Assembly: GCA_963833225.1 (NCBI GenBank)
Contig: CAWHXD010000019.1
Location: 288,001 to 352,000 of the forward strand
From: an uncultured Chloroflexia bacterium
GTDB taxonomy: Bacteria > Chloroflexota > Limnocylindria > Limnocylindrales > CSP1-4
Length of the DNA: 64,000 nucleotides
Direction of reading: 5' to 3'
Position 1 is the stretch's first letter; each line of letters opens with the position of its first letter. The translations under genes were made by a program, and so were the position numbers. Under the pieces are notes generated by a model that was not told the origin of the DNA, searched no databases, and saw only the letters and a program-made list of their open reading frames with translations. This document shows, piece after piece, positions 48,715 to 58,968 of the stretch.

Positions 48715-49851
48715 GTGACGAACCCGAGGAACGCCCAGCCACGGACCGAGCCCGTGCGTGGCGGCAATCGGTTGGCCGAACGCGAGCGGCTCGCGGCCGC
48801 GGCACGCACCACGCGCGTGCTCGCGATCGCCGCCCTCGTCCTCGCGGTCCTCGCCATCGGTCTCGCGGCCGCCCCGATCATCGCCCCCCCGGCGTCGTGC
48901 CAGGACCAGGCGTGGAGCGTCTCCCCGTCCGCGGGCGACCTGCCGACGGGCTGGTCGATCGCGGCGACGCAGTACGACCTGTCGCGCAAGACCATGTCGT
49001 TCCTGGGCGCGCCGCCGACCGACGGGGTCACGGCCCAGGCCCAGGTCATCGCCACCATCACCTGCTTCGAGCAGGGTGCCGCCGATGCCGTGAGCCGATC
49101 CCAGCAGGCGTCCAAGGACGCCAACCAAACGGTCACGGAGCGCAACGACCTCGGTGACCAGGGCTTCAGCGCGGTGGACGTGAGCGGCGCGACCTTCCTG
49201 CAGCTGCGGAAGGATCGGATCGTGGTCTACATGGCGAGCTCCGCGGAGACCTCGTCCACGGAGGTCGACCAGCTCGCCTCGGCGTTTGACAAGGCCCTGG
49301 GCGGCGACGGCGGAACCATCGCCCCGGCGACGCCGCCAGCCAGCATCGATCTCGGGCTCGACTCGTTCGACCCCAGCGAGACGCTGGCGCCGGAGCCGCA
49401 GGCCGCGCCGGACCTGGTCGCCTTGCTGCCGACGGTGGTCGGCGACCTCAACATGATCGCCGAGTCCGCGACGGGCTCCACGTTCCTCGCCGATGACCAG
49501 GGGAGCCGCGCCGTGCTCGCCGCGCTGCGGGCGGCGGACAAGCAGCCCGATGACCTGCGGCTCGCCCAGGCCTTCGACGAGCTCGGGGAAACGGACCTGT
49601 CCGTCCTCGCGGTGACGGTGGACGGCCTGCCGGTGGAGCAGACGAGGGACCTCGTCCTCGGTGTCTGGCTGGCCGCGACCGGCCCCGGGGTGGTCCACGA
49701 GCCCATCGAGCTGGCGGGCCGGTCGTTCACCAGGGTGGACTATGGCGACGGCGGCCGGATCGACTACGTCCTCACGGAGGGCGCCGTGGTGCTCGTGATC
49801 AGCACGGCCGACCCGGCGCTGGCCGAGGCCACGGCGGCCGCCCTGCCCTGA
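48715..49851 (+). CDS. Hypothetical membrane-anchored extracytoplasmic protein
   Basis: Single N-terminal TM helix (VLAIAALVLAVLAIGLAA) followed by an acidic region; start uncertain. Confidence 0.65.
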   Translation: MTNPRNAQPRTEPVRGGNRLAERERLAAAARTTRVLAIAALVLAVLAIGLAAAPIIAPPASCQDQAWSVSPSAGDLPTGWSIAATQYDLSRKTMSFLGAPPTDGVTAQAQVIATITCFEQGAADAVSRSQQASKDANQTVTERNDLGDQGFSAVDVSGATFLQLRKDRIVVYMASSAETSSTEVDQLASAFDKALGGDGGTIAPATPPASIDLGLDSFDPSETLAPEPQAAPDLVALLPTVVGDLNMIAESATGSTFLADDQGSRAVLAALRAADKQPDDLRLAQAFDELGETDLSVLAVTVDGLPVEQTRDLVLGVWLAATGPGVVHEPIELAGRSFTRVDYGDGGRIDYVLTEGAVVLVISTADPALAEATAAALP

Positions 49852-49943
49852 CGGGAGGGCGGCGCACCGCGCGGCGGCATTGGCCACGCGTCACGTGGGC
49901 GTCATCGTTGCCCTCGAGGCTTGGTGGAGCGATGATCCTGTCC

Positions 49944-50666
49944 ATGCCCATCCGACCCGCCGGCCCTATTCTCGTGGTCGACGATGACCCCAAGATCGTC
50001 GCGCTCGTTCGGATGTACCTCGAGCGCGAGCGGTACCCGGTGGCCACCGCGGCCGATGGGCGCGCCGCCCTGCGGGCGATCGAGGAGCTCGAGCCGCGCC
50101 TGGTGGTTCTGGACCTGATGATCCCCGAGCTCGACGGGCTCGCGGTGATGCGCCGCGTCCGCCAGCTGGGTGACGTTCCGATCCTCGTCCTCTCGGCACG
50201 CGGCTCGGTTGGCGATCGGATCCTGGGCCTGTCCGAGGGTGCGGACGACTACCTGCCGAAGCCGTTCTCCCCGGCGGAGCTCGTGATCCGGGTCCGGGCG
50301 ATCCTCCGCCGGACGGAGCGGGGCCCCGCGGATGGCGCGGTGCTGACGCTGGCCGACCTCGAGCTGGATGCCGATCGCCACGAGGCGACGGTCGCCGGCC
50401 GGCCCGTGGCCTTGTCCACGCTGGAGCTCCGCCTGCTGGCAGCCCTCCTTGACGCCGACGGCCGGGTCCTGGGCCGCGACCGGCTCCTCGACGCCATCCA
50501 TGGCGAGGGCGAGGGCGACGTCACCGACCGTGCCATCGACCAGTACGTCAAGCGGCTGCGCGAGAAGCTGGGCGACGACCCGGCAGAGCCGCGATACGTC
50601 GCGACGGTCCGTGGCGCGGGCTACCGTGCCGCGGGCCCCGTGGAACGGCGGGCGGCGGCGCGATGA
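49944..50666 (+). CDS. OmpR-family response regulator
   Basis: ILVVDDD, LDLMIP..DG, GADDYLPKPFSP, winged helix RAIDQYVKRLREKL..TVRGAGY. Confidence 0.95.
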   Translation: MPIRPAGPILVVDDDPKIVALVRMYLERERYPVATAADGRAALRAIEELEPRLVVLDLMIPELDGLAVMRRVRQLGDVPILVLSARGSVGDRILGLSEGADDYLPKPFSPAELVIRVRAILRRTERGPADGAVLTLADLELDADRHEATVAGRPVALSTLELRLLAALLDADGRVLGRDRLLDAIHGEGEGDVTDRAIDQYVKRLREKLGDDPAEPRYVATVRGAGYRAAGPVERRAAAR

Positions 50667-51745
50667 TCGGCGGCGACCGCATCTCCACGCGGTTCCTCCT
50701 CGCCGCCCTCGTGGTCACCGGGCTGGCCCTCGCGATCGTGGCGTTCGGCGTGCTCCGCGTGGGAGCCCAGGCGTTTGAGGCGCTGATGCTGGCGGCGGGC
50801 GAGAGCGCGGACCATGCCCACGAGATGTTCGACGCCAGCGTGTCGGAGGTCGTCATCGTCGCGGGCGCCGTGGCGGCGGTGATGGCTCTCGTGGTCGCGC
50901 TGGTCCTTGCCCGCCGGCTGGCCCGGCCGATCGAACGTCTCGCCCAGGGCGCGGCGCGGATCGCCGACGGAGACCTCGATGCCCGGGTGCCCGAGGAGGG
51001 ACCGGCCGAGCTGCGTGCGCTCGCGGCGGCCTACAACCGGATGGCCGTGCGCCTCGCTGAGCAGGAGGCGGTCCGCCGCGAGTTCATCGTCAACGCGTCA
51101 CACGAGCTGCGGACGCCGCTCACCAATCTCCAGGGCTACCTCGAGGCTCTCCGTGACGGGGTGATCCCCGCCGAGCCCGACGTGTTCGACTCGCTCCGCG
51201 AGGAGGTCGACCGGCTGACCCGGCTCGCCGCCTCGCTGGACGTGCTGGCGGCCGCGGGCGCCGGCAAGGATGGGGCGAGCCGCGGCTCGGGCGAGGTGCG
51301 GGCGCTCGATCTCGGTGCCACGGTGCGAACGGCCGTGGACCTGATCGCCCCCTCGCTGGCCCGGCGATCGATCTCCCTCCAGCTCGACGCCCCCGACGGG
51401 ATCGTCGTCCGGGCGCGACAGGATGAGCTCACCCAGGTCCTCGCGAACCTCCTCCAGAACGCCGTCCGGTACACGCCCCCGGAGGGCCGGGTCCGCGTGA
51501 TCGCCGACCATGATGGCGACCTCGGTCGCGTCCGCGTGGCCAACACCGGGCCGGGCATCCCGGAGGCGGACCTGTCGCGTGTCTGGGAACGCTTCTATCG
51601 CGTGGAGAAGTCACGGGACCGCGAGCGAGGTGGCGCGGGGATCGGCCTCGCGATCGTGAAGCAGCTCGTCGAGGCGGCCGGCGGCCGGGTCGGGGTGGCG
51701 TCGGAGCGCGGCTGGACCGAGTTCACGGTGCGGTTGCCGGGCTGA
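50663..51745 (+). CDS. HAMP-containing sensor histidine kinase (BaeS-like)
   Basis: 2 TM helices, HAMP, ASHELRTPLT, NLLQNAVRY, NTGPGI, FYR..GG.GIGLAI; ATGA overlap with the regulator. Confidence 0.95.
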   Translation: MIGGDRISTRFLLAALVVTGLALAIVAFGVLRVGAQAFEALMLAAGESADHAHEMFDASVSEVVIVAGAVAAVMALVVALVLARRLARPIERLAQGAARIADGDLDARVPEEGPAELRALAAAYNRMAVRLAEQEAVRREFIVNASHELRTPLTNLQGYLEALRDGVIPAEPDVFDSLREEVDRLTRLAASLDVLAAAGAGKDGASRGSGEVRALDLGATVRTAVDLIAPSLARRSISLQLDAPDGIVVRARQDELTQVLANLLQNAVRYTPPEGRVRVIADHDGDLGRVRVANTGPGIPEADLSRVWERFYRVEKSRDRERGGAGIGLAIVKQLVEAAGGRVGVASERGWTEFTVRLPG

Positions 51746-51843
51746 GTGACCGGCGCCGGCCGCCGGGGTTCGCCCGGCGACCGGCGCAGACCACACCCGA
51801 CCGCATCGCACCTTGCCATTCCGTCTGCAAGGTTGGGCGTCGT

Positions 51844-52404
51844 ATGCTCCCCGCACCGGCAACGCCACCGGAGCCTGGCAACCCTCTGGAGGGGATCGTG
51901 CGCGAGCAGCTGGTCGCCTGGGCAGGGGACTGCGTCGTCAAGGGCTCCGTCGATCTGGGCGAGGGGCGTCTCAGCGACCAGGTCAACGAGCTCGAGGTCG
52001 TCACCTTCTTCGACGCGACCCTCCAGGCCCTCGACGACGGCCACGAGGTCGCAGTCGGCGAGCTGGAGGTGGGACGCGGCGAGCTCCACGTCATCTCGGT
52101 CCAGGGCCGCCGCGGCGATCCCGCGCGCCGACTGCGGACGGTCGAGGAGCGGGTCACGCTTGAGCTCGGGCCGTTCGTGATCACGGGCAACCTCCACCGC
52201 CCGCCCAATACGGCGCCGCTCGCATCGCTGAGCCGCTGGCAGCGGTTCGTGCCGATGACCGACGCGCTCGTGGGGTTCAAGGACCGGGACGCCGACCTGG
52301 TGGCCCAGGAGGTGGTGCTGGTCAACCGCGACCGGGTCGCCAGCACGGTCCCGCTCGCGGTCGTTCCCGTGTTCGAGGGCGAGCCCCCGCAGCTCCAGGC
52401 CTGA
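51844..52404 (+). CDS. Hypothetical protein (DUF6812-like, possibly duplicated small beta domain)
   Basis: ITGNLH....FVPMTDA...VLVNRDRV; typical codon usage. Confidence 0.55.
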   Translation: MLPAPATPPEPGNPLEGIVREQLVAWAGDCVVKGSVDLGEGRLSDQVNELEVVTFFDATLQALDDGHEVAVGELEVGRGELHVISVQGRRGDPARRLRTVEERVTLELGPFVITGNLHRPPNTAPLASLSRWQRFVPMTDALVGFKDRDADLVAQEVVLVNRDRVASTVPLAVVPVFEGEPPQLQA

Positions 52405-52446
52405 GCCTGGTCGGGACCGATGACGGTGCCGAGACCTGAAATGGTG

Positions 52447-52473
52447 AGGGGCGCACCCTGAGGGCGCGCCCCT
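52447..52473. terminator. Hairpin between convergent genes
   Basis: AGGGGCGCACCC-TGA-GGGCGCGCCCCT, with one mismatch that is G-U on the minus strand. Confidence 0.55.
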
Positions 52474-52494
52474 GATTGTCGTGCGCCGCCTGGC

Positions 52495-52987
52495 TCAGAG
52501 CGGGCAGCCGAGGTTGTTGTCGTCGTCGAGCCAGCTCGCCAGCGACAGGATGGTCGTCCGGCTGCCACTCGTCAGGGCGGCGTTGACCGTGGGAAATCAA
52601 CGGCGGTTCGCCGTTGAAGCCCGGGTCATTTCGACGCCACGGGAAGAGCAGGTGGGACCCGTCCGGGCTGTCATAGGCCGCGTTGAGGAGTGATGCGATC
52701 GCGGCCCGGAGCAGGATCTGCTGGGCTCCCGCGATGCGTGGCCCGCCGCGCAGCGCCAGGCCCTGCTCGAGTGTCAGGCTGGAGAACGCGGCCGGTGCTC
52801 CGGTGAACACGCTCCCGATCGTCTGGACGGGCGTGAACTCCTGCCAGACCTCCGTGTGGTTCTTCCAGTACCCGGGCGTGCATCCTTCGCTGTCCCCGGC
52901 GACGTTCGCGGCAACCGGGACGGCACCGGCGACGAGTGCGACGGCGAGGGTCGCGGTGGCCAGGAGGAATCGGAACCGAACGCGCAT
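52495..52987 (-). CDS. Small secreted protein with GCTPGYWKNH motif; +1 frameshift near 52592
   Basis: Signal peptide, GCTPGYWKNH..LLRAAIASLLNA; removing one C gives TVNAALTSG..LASWLDDDNNLGCPL*. Confidence 0.7.
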
Positions 52988-53204
52988 CTTGCTGCTCCCG
53001 TGGAATCCGGTCCCCGGTTCGAACACGATGACGGGATCCCCCGCCCGCGGCCGCGTTTCGATAGGCGCAAGGTAGTGGGACCAACGGGTCATTGACAAGG
53101 TCCGATCGGACGCATCCGGTGCTCATCGGCAACATCGTGCATCTGACCCACGCCGGCCCACGCTGGATCCTAGAATCCCACGACCAGCCGCAGGGAGCGC
53201 CGCC

Positions 53205-54404
53205 ATGAAGACGCACGCCATCACGATGCTCGGCACGGGCCTCATCGGGGACTTCTACACGTTGACCCTCCACGGCCAGCGTGGCCGCGACAGGGTCCGG
53301 GTCGTGTACTCCCGGAGCGAGAGCCGGGGCAAGGCGTTCCGCGAGCGCTGGGGCATCGCGGAGTCCACGACGGACATGGAGGCGGCCATCCGCCACCCCG
53401 AGACGGACGTCGTCGTGGTCGCCCTGCCCAACCACCTCCACGAAGAGGCGGTCAAGGCCGTCGCGGCGGCCGGCAAGGCCGTGCTGTGCACCAAGCCCCT
53501 GGGACGGACCGCGGACGAGGCGAAGCGGATGCTGAAGGCAGTCGAGGCGGCGGGCGTGTTCGGCGGCTATCTCGAGGACCTGTGCTATACGCCCAAGACG
53601 CTCAAGGCCATCAAGTCTGTCCAGGACGGGGCCCTCGGCGACGTCACCTGGGTCCGGGCCCGCGAGGCCCATCCGGGGCCACACAGCGCCTGGTTCTGGG
53701 ACGGCCGGCTGACCGGTGGCGGGGCCATCATCGACCTCGGCTGCCACTGCATCGAGATCATCCGCAACTTCGTCGGCAAGGGAAACCGGCCGGTCGCCGT
53801 CATGTGCACCACGGACACGCTCGTCCACCCCATCGACGACGAGGACAACGCCATCGCGCTGATCCGGTTCGAGTCCGGCGCCATCGGCCAGTTCGAGGTC
53901 AGCTGGACGTTCCGCGGCGGGATGGACCTTCGCGACGAGGTCGCCGGCACCAACGGCACGATCTGGCTCAACCACTTCCTGCGGACGGGCTACGAGATGT
54001 TCACGGCCGGTGGGTCGAGCGGCTACGTGGCGGAGAAGGCCGAGACCGCGGCGGGCTGGCTGTTCCCGGTCGGCGACGAGGTCTCCGAGCTGGGCTACGT
54101 GGACATGTTCACGGACATGTTCAACGCCATCGATGGCGGCGCGGTCCCCCAGGAGACCTTCTACGACGGGTACGTGGTCAACACGGTCATGGATGCCTGC
54201 TATCGATCCGCAAGGAGTGGCGCCTGGGAGCCGGTGGAGCTCGAGTGGCGCGGCGGGACCACGCCGCGGATCACCGCCTCCGGCGAGGAGTGGGAGGGTC
54301 ACACCGTGATCAAGCGGGAGGTCCTGCCGGACGGGCGCGTGAAGATGATCCTCAAGGATCGCTCGACTGGCGATTACGTCGACCGCATCATCGCCGGGGA
54401 GTGA
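53205..54404 (+). CDS. Gfo/Idh/MocA-family NAD(P)-dependent oxidoreductase
   Basis: [32 protein letters not shown]. Confidence 0.92.
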   Translation: MKTHAITMLGTGLIGDFYTLTLHGQRGRDRVRVVYSRSESRGKAFRERWGIAESTTDMEAAIRHPETDVVVVALPNHLHEEAVKAVAAAGKAVLCTKPLGRTADEAKRMLKAVEAAGVFGGYLEDLCYTPKTLKAIKSVQDGALGDVTWVRAREAHPGPHSAWFWDGRLTGGGAIIDLGCHCIEIIRNFVGKGNRPVAVMCTTDTLVHPIDDEDNAIALIRFESGAIGQFEVSWTFRGGMDLRDEVAGTNGTIWLNHFLRTGYEMFTAGGSSGYVAEKAETAAGWLFPVGDEVSELGYVDMFTDMFNAIDGGAVPQETFYDGYVVNTVMDACYRSARSGAWEPVELEWRGGTTPRITASGEEWEGHTVIKREVLPDGRVKMILKDRSTGDYVDRIIAGE

Positions 54405-55186
54405 GCCCGTCGGAGGCGCGCGCATACGGTCTCGAGGTCCTGCCCGCGGGCGAGTGGGCCGGGACCGTTGCCGCGTGGCTCGTCGCCCGGCTCGGTGCCC
54501 GTCCCGCCCTGCGGGTCTGCCTGCCGACCGGCGATACGCCGTCACCCGTGTATGCCGAGCTCGTCGCCGCGGAGTGGCGCGGCGAGGTGTCACTCGCCTC
54601 TGCGACGGTGCTGCTGCTCGACGAGTGGGTGGGTCTCCCGCCGGACGACCCCGCCCGGTGTGATGCCAGGCTCAGGGACGAGCTCCTGGGGCAGCTTTCC
54701 GCACCACCCCTGTTCGTGCCCATCGACGTGGACGGTCCGGACCCCGAGGCGGCTGCTGTCGCGCACGACACGGAGCTGGCACGTGGGTTGGACCTCGCGG
54801 TGCTCGGCCTCGGCATGAACGGCCACGTCGGGTTCAACGAGCCGGGCTCCCGCCCGGATGACGCCACCCGGCTCGTGCGGCTGGCGATCTCGTCGCGAGA
54901 GGCGGCCGTGGCCCGCTATGGTGCTGGTTCCGTGCCGACGGCCGGGATCACGGTTGGTCTCGCCCGGCTGCTCGAGGCACGGGAATGCTGGCTGCTGGTC
55001 ACAGGCCAACGCAAGGCCGCGATCCTGCGGCGTGCGCTCGACGAGCCGGAGGGCCCGGACTGCCCGGCGTCATACCTGCGGCGCCACCCGCGCCTCACGG
55101 TGTTCGCGGACGAGGCGGCGGCCTCGCTGCTGCGAGCCTCAGATCATGATGATCCCGCTCTCGGACGGCACGTGGCCGGCCCGTAG
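54401..55186 (+). CDS. Glucosamine-6-phosphate deaminase / 6-phosphogluconolactonase family (NagB-like)
   Basis: [45 protein letters not shown]; GTGA overlap with the Gfo gene. Confidence 0.85.
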   Translation: MSPSEARAYGLEVLPAGEWAGTVAAWLVARLGARPALRVCLPTGDTPSPVYAELVAAEWRGEVSLASATVLLLDEWVGLPPDDPARCDARLRDELLGQLSAPPLFVPIDVDGPDPEAAAVAHDTELARGLDLAVLGLGMNGHVGFNEPGSRPDDATRLVRLAISSREAAVARYGAGSVPTAGITVGLARLLEARECWLLVTGQRKAAILRRALDEPEGPDCPASYLRRHPRLTVFADEAAASLLRASDHDDPALGRHVAGP

Positions 55187-55795
55187 CTGGCGGGCGATCG
55201 CGGCGCCGTCGAGCGGGAACTGGACGCGCAGTGCCTCTCGATGTGCAGCGAGCGCGGCCCGGTTGTGTGCGGAACGTCCGATGACGAGGATGACGCTGCC
55301 GGCGCCGGGATCATCGCGGCGCTTGAGCTCGATCGCCCGCGCCTGCGCCTGGAGGTCGGCGAGCCGCACGATGCACTCCACTGACGCCGTGTGATCGCCA
55401 CCGGTGATCCGGCCGTCCCAGGCCCGGAGGTCGCCGGAGTGGGGCAGGCCGACCTCGCGGGCCATTGCCAGCCCGCGGCCGAGCAGCGCGGCGAACCGAC
55501 CGAGGACGGCGAGCTGGCCATCGTCGCGTAGCTGGGTACCCGACGGGTACAGCCGCAACGAGACCCGGAGCCCGACGGCTCGTGCTGCCCGGGCAAGCTG
55601 ATCGAGGGTGGGACGGTCCAGGGCGGCACGCTCGATCCGGCCCAGCTGCGACGGCGACATGCCGGCTCGGCGCGCCGCGGCAGAGAGGCTCGACCCGGCG
55701 GCAACGCGTGCGTCATGGATGTCGCGAGCAGCTTCCTGGGCCAACCGCCGGGCATCGGCGGCGGCAGCATCGGTGGGACGCTCGCGAGTGCTCAT
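55139..55795 (-). CDS. XRE-type HTH protein with C-terminal PD-(D/E)XK/DUF559-like domain
   Basis: RVAAGSSLSAAARRAGMSPSQLGRIER HTH; EV.L...DLRAWD.....VE...RL.D.QA..R...KRRD; GAGGA RBS. Confidence 0.7.
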   Translation of the reverse strand: MSTRERPTDAAAADARRLAQEAARDIHDARVAAGSSLSAAARRAGMSPSQLGRIERAALDRPTLDQLARAARAVGLRVSLRLYPSGTQLRDDGQLAVLGRFAALLGRGLAMAREVGLPHSGDLRAWDGRITGGDHTASVECIVRLADLQAQARAIELKRRDDPGAGSVILVIGRSAHNRAALAAHREALRVQFPLDGAAIARQLRAGHVPSESGIIMI

Positions 55796-55849
55796 GCGCG
55801 CATCCTCGCCGGAGGCGCTTATGCGCGGCTTACACGCGGCGCCCGGCGA

Positions 55850-55950
55850 GCCACTTGGCACAGCTGCCCGGTGGGCCACTTGCCGCCCGCTTGCCGTCCG
55901 GCCACGTGGCGCCGCTTGCCGCCCGGCCACTGGCGCCGCCTGCCGCCCGG
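55850..55950. repeat. Degenerate ~24-bp tandem repeats
   Basis: CCAC(G)TGGCGCCGC(T/C)TGCCGCCCGG-like units, 3-4 copies. Confidence 0.55.
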
Positions 55951-56079
55951 CGGGTGAACGGGGCGGTGCTGTCTCGGCGCTGCCGCGGGGCGGTGGATTG
56001 GTGCGGTGCGCGGAGCGTCAAGCGCACGGATGGAGCGCTGGGCGGCAACGCGGTGCCGGGACCGCACCGTAGAGCCGCC

Positions 56080-56232
56080 GGGCGAGGGCACGAGGGTGGG
56101 CACGAGGGCGAGGGCACGAGGGCGGCCACGAGGGCGAGGGGCACGAGAACCGGTGTGGGACACGAGAACCGGTGAGGGGCACGAGAACCGGCGATGGCCA
56201 CGAGGGCGAGGGGCACGAGAACCGGCGAGGGA
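56080..56232. repeat. Degenerate tandem repeats with CACGAG core
   Basis: About nine CACGAG cores; CACGAGAACCGG at 56142, 56161, 56180 and 56214. Confidence 0.75.
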
Positions 56233-56260
56233 GCCGAGGCGCCGCCGCCGTGCCACCCAG

Positions 56261-57565
56261 CTACCCCGCGCCTGCTGTTGCGACCTCCGGCATCCCGACG
56301 GGCTCGCCGGCCCCCAGCCAGCGGGCCAGCGATTCCCGGCTGAACAGCTGATCCACGACCATCCCAGACGCCCCGATGACCCCCGCCAGCGAACCCAGCG
56401 AGGAGCGCTGGATCTGCAGGTCCCGCGTGGCCAGGGGAAGGCCGCGCGCGTAGACCACCTCGCGGATCGCCGCGAGCAGGACGTCCCCGCTCTGGGCCAC
56501 GCCACCGCCGATCACGACCAGCGAGGGGTTGAAGAAGTTCACGACGCTGGCCAGCATCAGCCCGACCCGCCGGCCCGCCGACTGGAGCAGCGCGACGGCC
56601 ACCGGATCCCCGAACGACGCGGCCCTCGCGACATCCTCGGCCGTCAGCGCGCCGCGGGCATTCAGGCCGGCGAGCAGTCGCTCGCTGCGCCCCTCGCGGG
56701 CGGCCGCCGCCGCGTCCCTGGCCAGGGCTTCGCCCCCCGCGAGGGATTCGAGACAGCCGGTGTTGCCGCAGCGGCACACGACGGTCCGGTCGTCCGAGAT
56801 GTGGATGTGGCCAACGTCGCCGGCGGACCCCTGGGCCCCACGGTGGAGGTGGCCGTCGCTGATGACCCCCGCCCCGATGCCGGTGCCGATCTTCACGACG
56901 ACCACGTTGGCATGGCCCGCCGCCACGCCGGACCGCCACTCGCCAAGCGCCAGCACATTGACGTCGTTGTCCACCCAGACGGGCGCCTCATAGCGTGTCG
57001 CGAACCGCTCGCGGACCGGGTAGCCGTCCCAGCCGGGCATGATCGAGGGCGAGATCGGGCGACCGGTCCGGAACTCGACGGGTCCCGGGATGCCGATCCC
57101 GATGCCCCACAGGCGCCCCGGCAGGCGCCGCTTGGGATCCCGCAGCTCCTCGAACAGCTCGTCGACCCGGTTCAGCACCAGCTCGGGTCCCGAGGCGATA
57201 TCGGCGGGCTCGCCGATGTGGGCGAGGATCCGCCCATCGAGGGTGGTGACGGCCACGTCGATGGAGGTGGCGCCGAGATCCGCCACCAGCACGTGCCCCG
57301 CATCACCGCGGAAGGCCAGCTGTCTGGGTGGCCGGCCGCCGGTGCTTGGCCCGGGATCGCCCTCCGCGATCAGCCCTCGGTCCAGCAGCTCCGCAACCCG
57401 CCCCGCGACGACCCCTCGCGACAGGCCGGTGACATCGACGATGTCTGCTCGCGACCGGGCCTGACCATGCCGGATGGTGTCGAGCACCGCCTCGAGGGCA
57501 TCGAGGGTCTCGTCCGACGGGGGTGCTGGCTCCGGGCCCTGCCCGGTGATCGACGGGGCGTCCAC
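56261..57565 (-). CDS. ROK-family transcriptional repressor (HTH + ROK)
   Basis: SRADIVDVTGLSR..STGGRPP, GIGIPGPV, DNDVN..ALGE, GTGIGAG, GDVGH..CRCGNTGCLE; start uncertain. Confidence 0.92.
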   Translation of the reverse strand: MDAPSITGQGPEPAPPSDETLDALEAVLDTIRHGQARSRADIVDVTGLSRGVVAGRVAELLDRGLIAEGDPGPSTGGRPPRQLAFRGDAGHVLVADLGATSIDVAVTTLDGRILAHIGEPADIASGPELVLNRVDELFEELRDPKRRLPGRLWGIGIGIPGPVEFRTGRPISPSIMPGWDGYPVRERFATRYEAPVWVDNDVNVLALGEWRSGVAAGHANVVVVKIGTGIGAGVISDGHLHRGAQGSAGDVGHIHISDDRTVVCRCGNTGCLESLAGGEALARDAAAAAREGRSERLLAGLNARGALTAEDVARAASFGDPVAVALLQSAGRRVGLMLASVVNFFNPSLVVIGGGVAQSGDVLLAAIREVVYARGLPLATRDLQIQRSSLGSLAGVIGASGMVVDQLFSRESLARWLGAGEPVGMPEVATAGAG

Positions 57566-57605
57566 GCGCCGGATCCTACACCGAAGCGACCAAGGCGACA
57601 GGAGG

Positions 57606-57628
57606 CTTTTGCACTTGACTGGCAGAAG
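57606..57628. promoter_or_regulatory. Probable ROK operator overlapping a -35-like element
   Basis: CTTTTGC-N9-GCAGAAG imperfect palindrome containing TTGACT, in the divergent intergenic region. Confidence 0.5.
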
Positions 57629-57782
57629 TACCATAGGCCAAGCGACGAACTGTTGGCGGTCTCCTGAGCGTGTCGTCCATGCGAGAGGGGGTCCCCGGGC
57701 AGGCAGGCGCCCCACGGACCCAACTGGTTGTCTAGACTGATCGCCGCAGGGTTCGACGCACCGGAGGAGATGGCTGAACAGC

Positions 57783-58940
57783 ATGCCGCGACGCACCGAC
57801 ATCGGCACCGCGGTCATCGGCAGCGGGTTCATCGGCACCGTCCACATCGAGGCGCTGCGCCGGATCGGCGTGCGCCTGGTCGGGCTGCTCGACGCCTCCG
57901 CGGACCTTGGTGCCCGACGCGCGCAGGAGCTTGGCCTGCCGAAGGCCTACGGCTCGCTCGAGGAGCTGCTCGCGGACGACGAGGTGCAGGTCGTCCACGT
58001 CACCAGCCCCAACGAGCTGCACCACGGGCAGGTCAAGGCGATCCTCGCCGCGAACCGGCACGTCGTGTGCGAGAAGCCGCTGGCCATGACCAGCAACGAG
58101 TCCGCGGAGCTCGTCTCGCTGGCCGCGGCGTCGGGCCTGGTCAACGCGGTCAACTTCAACATCCGCTGGTACCCGCTCAACCAGCATGTCGCCTCGCTGG
58201 TTCGCGAGGGCGGCCTGGGCGACGTGCGCCTGGTCACCGGTCGCTACTTCCAGGACTGGCTGCTGTTCGACACGGACTGGAACTGGCGCCTGGAGGCCGA
58301 CCAGGGCGGGGCGCTGCGTGCCGTGGGTGACATCGGCTCCCACTGGCTGGATCTCCTGGGCTTCCTGACCGGCCTCCGGGTCGAGGCGGTCATGGCGGAC
58401 CTGACGACGTTCATCCCCGTCCGGCGCAAGCCGGCTGGCGAGGTGGTCACGTTCTCCACGGAGCGGGCCGCGGAGACCGTCCCGGTCGAGATCCACACCG
58501 AGGACACCGCGTCCGTCCTCCTCCGGTTCGAGGGTGGCGCCCGCGGCAGCGTCAACATCAGCCAGCTCTCGCCAGGTCGCAAGAACAGCCTTGCCTACCA
58601 GATCGACGGCTCCTCCTCCGCCGTTGCCTGGGATTCGGAGCAACCGGACTCGCTGTGGATCGGTCACCGCGACCGGCCCAACGAGCTCCTGCTCCGGAAC
58701 CCGGCGCTCATGAACGGCGCGGGAGCCGCGGCGTCGCGGCTGCCGGGCGGCCACGTGGAGGGCTTCGCCGACACGTTCGGCGCCGTGTTCACCGCGGTCT
58801 ACGACGACGTCCTGGCCGGACGCCCGTCGGACGATCCGCGCTATGCCACCTTCGCCGCCGGCCACGAGGAGATGCTGATCGGGGACGCGGTCCTGGCCAG
58901 CTCCCGGTCCGGCGCCTGGGTCGAGGTCAACCGGGACTGA
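57783..58940 (+). CDS. Gfo/Idh/MocA-family oxidoreductase
   Basis: IGSGFIG, HVTSPNELH, VCEKPL, YFQDWL..WNWRL, DIGSHW. Confidence 0.92.
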   Translation: MPRRTDIGTAVIGSGFIGTVHIEALRRIGVRLVGLLDASADLGARRAQELGLPKAYGSLEELLADDEVQVVHVTSPNELHHGQVKAILAANRHVVCEKPLAMTSNESAELVSLAAASGLVNAVNFNIRWYPLNQHVASLVREGGLGDVRLVTGRYFQDWLLFDTDWNWRLEADQGGALRAVGDIGSHWLDLLGFLTGLRVEAVMADLTTFIPVRRKPAGEVVTFSTERAAETVPVEIHTEDTASVLLRFEGGARGSVNISQLSPGRKNSLAYQIDGSSSAVAWDSEQPDSLWIGHRDRPNELLLRNPALMNGAGAAASRLPGGHVEGFADTFGAVFTAVYDDVLAGRPSDDPRYATFAAGHEEMLIGDAVLASSRSGAWVEVNRD

Positions 58941-58968
58941 TGCCCCGATACGCAGAGGAGCAGCCGCG

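Noticed and set aside
52990-53100. c-di-AMP or c-di-GMP riboswitch upstream of the small secreted protein
   Set aside because: Only a GCGGGGGA fragment resembles the ydaO consensus; the other conserved blocks are absent.
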